Positions 6,848 to 14,499 of a stretch of DNA of 64,000 nucleotides are shown here, piece after piece. The position numbers and the translations under genes were made by a program. The notes under the pieces were generated by a model that saw only the letters and a list, made by a program, of their open reading frames with translations, made no database searches and was not told the DNA's origin. Within the stretch, counting starts at the first letter, position 1. Each line of letters begins with the position of its first letter. The stretch comes from an uncultured Oscillospiraceae bacterium (GTDB taxonomy: Bacteria > Bacillota > Clostridia > Oscillospirales > Oscillospiraceae), in contig CANQCS010000001.1 in the NCBI GenBank assembly GCA_947589745.1, positions 57,613 to 121,612 of the forward strand. The letters run 5' to 3'.

Positions 6848-9829
6848 ATGGTAACATTGACTGTCAACGGAGCACCGATTTCCGTGGAAAAAAATCAGAG
6901 CCTCCTGCGCTTTCTGCGGGATGGGCTGCATCTCACCTCCGCCAAGGACGGCTGCAGCGAGGGGGCCTGCGGCACCTGCACGGTGCTGGTCAACGGCAAG
7001 GCCACCCGCGCCTGCACGGTGAAGCTGAACGAATTGGAGGGCGCCTCCGTCCTCACCGTGGAGGGCATGACCGACTGGGAGAAAAAAGTCTATACATACG
7101 CCTTCGGCGAGGCCGGGGCGGTGCAGTGCGGGTTCTGCATCCCCGGCATGGTGATGTGCGCCAAGGGCCTGCTGGACGTGGTGCCGGACCCCACAGAGGA
7201 GCAGATCCGCCACGCCATCCGCCACAACATCTGCCGCTGCACCGGCTACGCCAAGATCGTGGCGGCCATCCGCCTGGCGGGACAGTACCTGCGGGAGGGC
7301 AGGCTGCCGGAGGAGAAGAAGGACTGGAAGATCGGGGAGAACGTCCACCGGGTGGACGTGGAGGAGAAGGTGCTGGGCACCGGGCAGTACCCCGACGACG
7401 TGTACGTGGACGGGATGCTCTACGCCTCCGCTGTCCGCAGCGCCCACCCCCGGGCCATCGTCAACGCCATCCACACCGAGGCGGCCCTGGCCGTGCCCGG
7501 GGTGGTGGGGGTGTTCACCGCCGCCGACATCCCCGGCAGCGTCAAGGTGGGCCACCTGGTCCAGGACTGGGACGCCATGATCCCCGTGGGCGGCATGACC
7601 CACTACCTGGGCGACGCCATCTGCATCGTGGCCGCCGAGACCCCGGAGGCCCTGGAGGAGGGAAAGAAGAAGGTCCGGGTGGAGTACGAGGTGCTCCAGC
7701 CGGTGAGGTCCCCCCAGGAGGCCATGCTCTTCGACGCGCCCCTGGTCCACCGCTCCGGGAACCTCTTTACCCACAAGCACATCCAGCGGGGCAACGCCCC
7801 CATGGCCATCGCCATGAGCAAGTACGTGCTGACCCGCTCCTTCTACACCCCCTACACCGAGCACGCTTTCCTGGAGCCGGAGTGCGCCGTGGCCTTCCCG
7901 GACGGGGACGGGGTCCTCATCTGGTCCACGGACCAGGGCGCCTACGACACCCAGCACGAGACGTGCCTCATGCTGGGCCTGCCGCCGGAGAAGGTGAAGG
8001 TGAAGAACCTGCTGGTGGGCGGCGGCTTCGGCGGCAAGGAGGACGTGACCGTCCAGCACCACGCGGCGCTGGTGGCCTACCTCACCAAGCGGCCGGTGAA
8101 GGTGAAGCTGAGCCGGGCGGAGAGCCTGCTGATCCACCCCAAGCGCCACCCCATGGAGATGGAGTTCTCCCTGGGCTGCGACGAGAACGGCAACATCCAG
8201 GGCGTGGCGGCCAACGTCGTCGCGGACACCGGGGCCTACGCCTCCCTGGGCGGCCCCGTGCTGGAGCGGGCCTGCACCCACGCCTCGGGGCCCTACCACT
8301 ACGAGAACTTCCAGGTGGACGGCTACGCCTACTACACCAACAATCCCCCCTCCGGGGCGTTCCGGGGGTTCGGGGTGACACAGACCTGCTTCTGCATCGA
8401 GTCCCTGCTGGACGAGATGGCGGATCTCATCGGCATCACCCCCTGGGAGATCCGCTACCGCAACGCCGTCCGCCCCGGCCAGGCCCTGCCCAACGGCCAG
8501 ATCACCGGGCCGGAGACCGGCCTGGTGGAGACTCTGGAGGCAGTGAAGGAAGAGTACGACAGGGCCATTGCCAACGGCGACCCGGTGGGCGTGGCCTGCG
8601 CCATGAAGAACGCCGGCGTGGGCGTGGGCATCCCCGACTGGGGCCGGTGCCGGCTGGCGGTGGAGGGCGGCAAGGTCCACATCTTCGCCGGGGCCTCCTG
8701 CATCGGCCAGGGGCTGGGCACGGTGCTGACCCAGCTGTGCTGCGAGCTGCTGGACCTCCCCGGGGAGGACGTGGTCTACGAGCGATCCAACACCTTCGAG
8801 GCGCCGGACTCCGGCACCACCTCCGGGTCCCGCCAGACCCTGGTCACCGGCGAGGCCTGCCGCCGGGCCTGCGGGAAGCTGAAGGAGGCCCTGGCGGGGA
8901 AGACCCTCGCCGAACTGAACGGAACGGACTACTATGGCGAATATCTGGCCAAGACCGACCCCCTGGGGGCCGACGTGCCCAACCCGGTGAGCCACGTGGC
9001 CTACGGCTACGCCACCCAGATGTGCATTCTGGATAAGGAGACCGGCAAGATCAAGAAGATGGTGGCCGCCCACGACGTGGGCAAGGCCATCAACCCCAGG
9101 TCCTGCGAGGGCCAGATCGAGGGCGGCGTGGTCATGGGCATGGGCTTCGCCCTCACCGAGCGCTACCAGGTGGAGGACTGCAAGCCCACCGCCAAGTACG
9201 GCTCCCTGGGCCTGTTCCGGGCCCCGGACGTGCCGGAGATCGTGCCCATCGTCATCGACAAGCCGGGCCTGGACGTGGCCTGCGGGGCCATCGGCATCGG
9301 GGAGATCACCTGCATCCCCACCGCCCCCGCCATCGCCGGGGCCTACCGCCGTTGGGACGGCAAGTACCGCCAGGTCCTGCCCCTGGAGGACACGCCCTAC
9401 AGCTACAAAAAGCCTGAACCGGTGGTGCTGAAGGCCCCCGGCAAGAAGCTGACGGTGCGGAAGGACCGGACCTGCATCGGCTGCCTGGAGTGCGTCCGGG
9501 CCTGCGCCCGCGCCTTCTACAAGGTGGACGACGCGGGGAAGGCGTGTCTCGCCATCGTGGAGAAAAAGGGCGAGCCCGCGCCGGCGGTGTGCATCCAGTG
9601 CGGCAAGTGCGCCAGGGTCTGCCCCTCCGGCGCCATCACCAAAAACATCAAGGGCGTCTACACCGTGGACCGGCGGAAGTGCACCAACTGCGGCGCCTGC
9701 CGGGAGGCCTGCCCCTTCCACATCATGGTGGACGGCGGGGCCGCCACCAGCAAGTGCATCGCCTGCGGCATCTGCGCCAAGGCCTGCCCCATGGACGTTC
9801 TCGCCGTGGCGGAGGGGCCCAAGGCCTGA
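6848..9829 (+). CDS. molybdopterin-dependent xanthine-dehydrogenase-family hydroxylase. Single polypeptide: N-terminal 2x[2Fe-2S], a Mo-cofactor domain and a C-terminal poly-ferredoxin (XdhD / selenium-dependent XDH-like)
   Basis: 993 aa. [2Fe-2S] motifs are CSEGACGTCTV and CGFCIPG...CRCTGY. The aldehyde-oxidase/XDH a/b hammerhead and MoCo-binding regions include GGGFGGKED. The C-terminus carries four Cys clusters: CIGCLECVRAC, CIQCGKCARVCP, CTNCGACREACP and CIACGICAKACP. No FAD domain is present. Confidence 0.85.
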   Translation: MVTLTVNGAPISVEKNQSLLRFLRDGLHLTSAKDGCSEGACGTCTVLVNGKATRACTVKLNELEGASVLTVEGMTDWEKKVYTYAFGEAGAVQCGFCIPGMVMCAKGLLDVVPDPTEEQIRHAIRHNICRCTGYAKIVAAIRLAGQYLREGRLPEEKKDWKIGENVHRVDVEEKVLGTGQYPDDVYVDGMLYASAVRSAHPRAIVNAIHTEAALAVPGVVGVFTAADIPGSVKVGHLVQDWDAMIPVGGMTHYLGDAICIVAAETPEALEEGKKKVRVEYEVLQPVRSPQEAMLFDAPLVHRSGNLFTHKHIQRGNAPMAIAMSKYVLTRSFYTPYTEHAFLEPECAVAFPDGDGVLIWSTDQGAYDTQHETCLMLGLPPEKVKVKNLLVGGGFGGKEDVTVQHHAALVAYLTKRPVKVKLSRAESLLIHPKRHPMEMEFSLGCDENGNIQGVAANVVADTGAYASLGGPVLERACTHASGPYHYENFQVDGYAYYTNNPPSGAFRGFGVTQTCFCIESLLDEMADLIGITPWEIRYRNAVRPGQALPNGQITGPETGLVETLEAVKEEYDRAIANGDPVGVACAMKNAGVGVGIPDWGRCRLAVEGGKVHIFAGASCIGQGLGTVLTQLCCELLDLPGEDVVYERSNTFEAPDSGTTSGSRQTLVTGEACRRACGKLKEALAGKTLAELNGTDYYGEYLAKTDPLGADVPNPVSHVAYGYATQMCILDKETGKIKKMVAAHDVGKAINPRSCEGQIEGGVVMGMGFALTERYQVEDCKPTAKYGSLGLFRAPDVPEIVPIVIDKPGLDVACGAIGIGEITCIPTAPAIAGAYRRWDGKYRQVLPLEDTPYSYKKPEPVVLKAPGKKLTVRKDRTCIGCLECVRACARAFYKVDDAGKACLAIVEKKGEPAPAVCIQCGKCARVCPSGAITKNIKGVYTVDRRKCTNCGACREACPFHIMVDGGAATSKCIACGICAKACPMDVLAVAEGPKA

Positions 9830-9964
9830 CCGATGGACAAAATTTTCAGGAAAGCGGGGAAAGGGCTGTACACCTGAAAATTTTTATGGTATACTAAATA
9901 AAATTTATGCCGGGACGGACCATCCAGCCCGCCCCGGCCATTTCAAAAAGGAGGCCGATGCCAT

Positions 9965-12283
9965 ATGAGCAGGAACATAGGCAAGAGTGTCGCCCGTGTG
10001 GACGCCTTTGACAAGGTGACCGGCCGGGCAAAATACACCGACGACCGGTGCGACAGGGGGGCACTGGTGGCGAGAGTCGTCCGGTCCACCATCGCCCACG
10101 GGTATGTCAAGAGCGTGGACGTGTCCCAGGCGGAGAAGATCCCCGGCGTGGTGAAGATCGTCACCTGCTTCGACGTGCCGGACATCAAGTTCCCCACCGC
10201 CGGACACCCCTGGTCTGTGGAGGAGGCCCACCAGGACGTGGCGGACCGCCGCCTGCTGAACCGGCACGTCCGGTACTGGGGGGACGACGTGGCCGCCGTG
10301 GTGGCCGAGGACGAGGTGGCCGCCGCCCAGGCAGCCCGGGCCATCAAGGTGGAGTACGAGACGCTGCCCTTTGTGCTGGACCCCATCGAGGCCATGCAGC
10401 CCGGCGCGCCGGTGCTCCACAAGGAGTACCCGGACAACGTGCTGAAGCACACCTCCAGCCGCAGCGGCGACTACGCCGCCGCCATTCAGGAGCCGGGGCT
10501 CATCTGCGTGGACAAGTGGTACGAGGTGCCCACGGTCCAGCACTGCCACATCGAGAACCACATCTGCTTCGCCTACGGCGAGAACGGGCGCATCGTGGTG
10601 GTGACCTCCACCCAGATCCCCCACATCGTCCGCCGCACGGTGGGACAGGCCCTGGGCATCCCCTGGGGCAACGTGCAGATCATCAAGCCCTACATCGGCG
10701 GCGGCTTCGGCAACAAGCAGGACACCCTGTACGAGCCCCTGTGCGCCTGGCTGTCCCTCCAGGTGGGCGGCCGCACGGTGAAGCTGGACATCCCCAGGGA
10801 GGACACCTTCGTCTCCAACCGGGTCCGCCACGCCCAGAAGATCCACATCATCTCCTGGGTCCGGCCCGACGGCACCTACGCCGCGCGGAAGCTGGAGCTC
10901 TACTCCAACCAGGGCGCCTACGCCTCCCACGGCCACTCCATCGCGGCCAAGGGTATGGGGGCCTTCCCCCAGATGTACCCCTGCCCCAACGTGGAGTGCG
11001 ACAGCTACACGGTGTACACCAACCGCTCCACCGCCGGGGCCATGCGGGGCTACGGCATCCCCCAGGTGATGTTCGCCTTTGAGTCCCACACCGAGGACGT
11101 GTGCCGCCGGCTGGGGATGGACTCCCTGGCCTTCCGCCGGAAGAACCTAATGCCCGTGGGGTATGTGGACAGCTTCTCCAAGAACGAGAACTACTTCGAC
11201 ACCTTCAACCAGTGCTTCGACAAGGCCATCGCCTACATGGACTACGAGCGCAAGCACAGGGAGTATGAGAACCAGACCGGCCCGGTGCGGAAGGGCATCG
11301 GCATCGCCCCCTTCTGGTACAACACCGCCGTGTGGCCCATCTCCCTGGAGCACTCCTCCTGCCGCATGGTGCTGAACCAGGACGGCTCCATCCAGCTCCA
11401 GGTGGGCGAGACGGAGATCGGCCAGGGCGCGGACACCGCCTACGCCCAGATGGCGGCGGACGTGATCGGCCTGAAGGACTACACCGACGTCCACGTCCAG
11501 TCCTGCCAGGACACCGACGTGACGCCCTTCGGCCTGGGGGCCTACGCCTCCCGGCAGACCTACACCGCCGGCTTCTCCATCCGGCAGACGGGCCTCATCC
11601 TGAAGGACAAGATCCTGGAGTACGCCAACGAGATGACACGGGTGGCCAAGTACGACCTGGATATCGTGGACAGCCAGATCGTCCGGGTCACCGACGGGCG
11701 GGTGCTGATGCCCCTGTCCCAGCTGGCCACGGAGGCGTTCTACAGCCTGACCCACAGCGTCCACATCACGGCGGAGAGTACCTACCAGATCAAGAACAAC
11801 GCCTACTCCTTCGGCTGCTGCTGCGCCGAGGTGGAGGTGGACATCCCCCTCTGCAAGGTGAAGGTCACCAAGATCATCAACGTCCACGACTGCGGCCGGC
11901 TCATCAACCCGGCCCTGGCGGCGGCCCAGGTCCACGGCGGCATGTCCATGGGCATCGGCTACGCCCTCAGCGAGCAGCTCCTGTTCGACCCCAAGACCGG
12001 CAGGCCCCTGAACAACAACCTGCTGGACTACAAGCTCTCCACCGTCATGGACCACCCCCATCTGGAGGCCCAGTTCGTGGAGAACTACGAGCCCACCAGC
12101 GCCTTCGGCACCAAGGCCCTGGGCGAGCCCCCGGCCTGCCCGGTGGCCCCGGCCATCCGCAACGCCATCCTCAACGCCACTGGCGTGGAGGTGGACCAGG
12201 CGCCCATGACGCCCCATGTGCTCTACCGCCGCTTCTGCGAGGAAGGGCTCATCCACGACAGCTGGAGAGAGGAGGAACAGTAA
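9965..12283 (+). CDS. xdhA: xanthine dehydrogenase molybdenum-binding subunit
   Basis: 772 aa, MSRNIGKSVARVDAFDKVTGRAKYTDD... The stretch SSTQIPHIVRRTVGQALGIPWGNVQIIKPYIGGGFGNKQD is nearly identical to the E. coli XdhA region as I recall it. Confidence 0.85.
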   Translation: MSRNIGKSVARVDAFDKVTGRAKYTDDRCDRGALVARVVRSTIAHGYVKSVDVSQAEKIPGVVKIVTCFDVPDIKFPTAGHPWSVEEAHQDVADRRLLNRHVRYWGDDVAAVVAEDEVAAAQAARAIKVEYETLPFVLDPIEAMQPGAPVLHKEYPDNVLKHTSSRSGDYAAAIQEPGLICVDKWYEVPTVQHCHIENHICFAYGENGRIVVVTSTQIPHIVRRTVGQALGIPWGNVQIIKPYIGGGFGNKQDTLYEPLCAWLSLQVGGRTVKLDIPREDTFVSNRVRHAQKIHIISWVRPDGTYAARKLELYSNQGAYASHGHSIAAKGMGAFPQMYPCPNVECDSYTVYTNRSTAGAMRGYGIPQVMFAFESHTEDVCRRLGMDSLAFRRKNLMPVGYVDSFSKNENYFDTFNQCFDKAIAYMDYERKHREYENQTGPVRKGIGIAPFWYNTAVWPISLEHSSCRMVLNQDGSIQLQVGETEIGQGADTAYAQMAADVIGLKDYTDVHVQSCQDTDVTPFGLGAYASRQTYTAGFSIRQTGLILKDKILEYANEMTRVAKYDLDIVDSQIVRVTDGRVLMPLSQLATEAFYSLTHSVHITAESTYQIKNNAYSFGCCCAEVEVDIPLCKVKVTKIINVHDCGRLINPALAAAQVHGGMSMGIGYALSEQLLFDPKTGRPLNNNLLDYKLSTVMDHPHLEAQFVENYEPTSAFGTKALGEPPACPVAPAIRNAILNATGVEVDQAPMTPHVLYRRFCEEGLIHDSWREEEQ

Positions 12284-12286
12284 GCC

Positions 12287-13174
12287 ATGTATGATATCAA
12301 GGCACTGTATGAGGCTGACAGCGTACAGGACGCCGTCCGGCTCCGGCTGGAGCACCCGGAGGCCCAGATCATCGCCGGGGGCAGCGACGTGCTGGTCCAG
12401 ATGCGGGAGGGCAAGCGGGCCGGCAAGGAGCTGATCTCCATCTACATGATCGACGCCCTGCGGGGCGTGACCATCGACGGGGAGGAGAACATCCGCATCG
12501 GCTCCCTCACCAGCTTCAGCCATATCACCAAAGACCCCATCATCCGGAAGTACATCAACGTCCTGGGGGAGGCCGTTGACATGGTGGGCGGCCCCCAGAT
12601 CCGGAACATCGGCACCATCGGCGGCAACACCTGCAACGGCGTCACCAGCGCCGACTCCGCCTCCACCCTCCACGCCTGGGAGGCCATCGTGGAGCTGACT
12701 GGCCAGAGCGGCACCCGGCGGGTGCCCATCAAGGACTTCTATCTCTCCGCCGGGAAGGTGGATATCCGCCCGGATGAGATCCAGACGGCCATCTTGATCC
12801 CCAAGGAGAGCTATGAGAACACATACGGCTACTACTTCAAGTACGCCATGCGCAACGCCATGGACATCGCCACCACCGGCTGCTCGGTCAACTGCCGCCT
12901 GTCGCCGGACAAGGGGACCTTTGAGCGGGTGCGCATTGCCTACGGCGTGGCGGGCCCGGTGCCCATGCGGGCGCCCAGGGCGGAGACCGCCGCCACCGGC
13001 CAGCCGGTGAGCAGAGCGACTGTTGAGAGGTTTGCTCTCACGGTGCTGGAGGATATCCACCCCAGAGACTCCTGGCGGGCGTCCAAGGCCCTGCGGCAGC
13101 ACATCGCGGTGGAGCTGGCGGACCGCTGCCTGACGGAAGCGGTGAAGCGGTGCGGAGGTGAGATCGATGGCTAA
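12287..13174 (+). CDS. xdhB: xanthine dehydrogenase FAD-binding subunit
   Basis: 295 aa, with IIAGGSDVLVQMREG (FAD_binding_5 motif). Starts 4 nt after the xdhA stop. Confidence 0.85.
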   Translation: MYDIKALYEADSVQDAVRLRLEHPEAQIIAGGSDVLVQMREGKRAGKELISIYMIDALRGVTIDGEENIRIGSLTSFSHITKDPIIRKYINVLGEAVDMVGGPQIRNIGTIGGNTCNGVTSADSASTLHAWEAIVELTGQSGTRRVPIKDFYLSAGKVDIRPDEIQTAILIPKESYENTYGYYFKYAMRNAMDIATTGCSVNCRLSPDKGTFERVRIAYGVAGPVPMRAPRAETAATGQPVSRATVERFALTVLEDIHPRDSWRASKALRQHIAVELADRCLTEAVKRCGGEIDG

Positions 13175-13667
13175 GCAGTTCAAGGAGGTTCACTTCAATC
13201 TGAACGGCCGGGACGTGACTACGGTGGTGGACGTCCGGGCGTCCCTGACGGACATGCTGCGGGGCGACTTCCGCATGACCAGCGTCAAAAAAGGCTGCGA
13301 GGTGGGCGAGTGCGGCGCCTGCACCGTCCTCATCGACGGCGAGGCGTTCAACAGCTGCATCTACCTGGCGGTGTGGGCCGAGGGCAAGCAGATTTTGACC
13401 CTGGAGGGTCTGATGGGACCCAACGGGGAGCTGAGCGACATTCAGAAGGCGTTCATCGACGAGACCGCCGTCCAGTGCGGATTCTGCACGCCGGGATTTA
13501 TTCTGACGGCCACAGAGATATTGAATGCCGGGGTGGAGTACACCGACGACGAGCTCAGGAAGCTGCTCTCCGGCCACCTGTGCCGCTGCACCGGGTACGA
13601 GAATATTTTCCGTGCCGTCAAAAAGACCATGTACCAAAGGCTGGGAAAACCCTGGCCGGAGGGATAA
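13167..13667 (+). CDS. xdhC: xanthine dehydrogenase [2Fe-2S] subunit
   Basis: ATG 13167 (MAKQFKEVHFNLNGRDV...) overlaps the xdhB stop, with GGAGGTGAG upstream. Motifs CEVGECGACTV and CGFCTPG...CRCTGY. Confidence 0.85.
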   Translation: MAKQFKEVHFNLNGRDVTTVVDVRASLTDMLRGDFRMTSVKKGCEVGECGACTVLIDGEAFNSCIYLAVWAEGKQILTLEGLMGPNGELSDIQKAFIDETAVQCGFCTPGFILTATEILNAGVEYTDDELRKLLSGHLCRCTGYENIFRAVKKTMYQRLGKPWPEG

Positions 13668-13668
13668 A

Positions 13669-13707
13669 AACAGGGAGGGGGGCGTGAGCCCCCCTTCCCC
13701 TGTTTTT
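13669..13707 (+). terminator. intrinsic terminator after xdhC
   Basis: AACAGGGAGGGGGG-CGTGA-GCCCCCCTTCCCCTGTT followed by TTTTT, starting 2 nt after the xdhC stop. Confidence 0.8.
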
Positions 13708-13753
13708 ATGGCTGCCGGCCAGCAGAAATGATTATCCCTATGGACAGGGGGAT

Positions 13754-14424
13754 GGGGGCCTCCGGCCCCCACCGGGTCTGATGGGCACCCCCAATGGGCG
13801 CACCCCTGGGTTACTTTTTGTGCAAACAAAAAGTAACCAAAAAATTGCTTAAGGGGCTGGGGCCCCTTAAGAATCCCCGGGGAGGACGGTTAAGGGCAGA
13901 TGGATGGTTGAACTAGGGGCCAGAGAAAGCTTTCATCGGGGGTGCTTGTTTATTTTTCCGTATTCTTACTGCTGGTTGCTCCGTTCGACTACGCAATTGA
14001 TGGCGCGGTTCTTGTCGAGTCCGTATACGGAAATCTGTCCTGTGCGTAGTGGAACGGAGCAGAACGCAGTCCGATGCGGACCGTATACGGAAATCTACCA
14101 ATTGCGTAGTGGAACGGAGCAACCAGCAGTAGGTCAACGGACAAACCGACCAACGCACCCAATGAGTCCGTGCACCAGCGCTTCAATCTCCTTGGGGACA
14201 TGCTCACTGTAGCCGCAACGCCTCATACACGGGAGCAAGAACGGTTTAGACAAAACCAGCCAAAGGGGGAGCGCAGAACGAAACAAAAATTAAGGAAAGA
14301 TTCTCAAGAAAACCATTCCTGGTTTTCTTGAGTGCACTTTTGGTTACTTTTCCTGCAAGGGAAAAGTAACCCCAGGGTGCACCCATCGAGGGTGCAGATC
14401 AAGTCCGGTGGGGGCGGAGCCCCC
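13754..14424 (+). repeat. interspersed noncoding element, copy A (MITE-like; hairpin-module inverted ends)
   Basis: Aligns end to end with 21497-22165 and with the reverse complement of 27512-28122. No shared reading frame. Ends are roughly 80-nt imperfect inverted repeats. Boundaries are approximate (+/-10 nt). Confidence 0.85.
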
Positions 14425-14499
14425 ATACTCCCATCTAGAGGAAAGGCGAATCTGCCTTGCAAGACTGCAGGAAAGCGGAGGAGGGGGCCGCCGGCCCCC

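Noticed and set aside
6569-9721. 1050-aa minus-strand ORF. Similar very long antisense ORFs occur at 11147..13183, 18876..21404, 22210..24015, 34739..38377, 55455..58847, 41522..43012 and 51742..52848.
   Set aside because: All lie exactly antisense to (or out of frame with) genes that have clear family signatures. Their translations are low-complexity G/A/R/P/H/V/L-rich strings with no motifs. This is typical of stop-codon-poor shadow frames in GC-rich DNA.
13967-14131. The direct repeats inside the element as a miniature CRISPR array
   Set aside because: There are only two direct and one inverted copies of the 18-mer. The sequences between them are themselves conserved between the three element copies. 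The whole block is repeated at three loci, and there are no cas genes in the window.
13904-14212. Protein-coding potential of ORFs inside the repeat element (13904..14212, 21643..21990, 27443..27961 and others)
   Set aside because: Different frames are open in different copies, indels are not multiples of three, no RBS is present, and the 'proteins' share only short frame-dependent strings.
13740-14440. Target-site duplications flanking the three element copies
   Set aside because: I compared the 10-15 nt on each side of all three copies and found no convincing direct repeat. The boundaries themselves are uncertain, so this remains unresolved rather than disproved.
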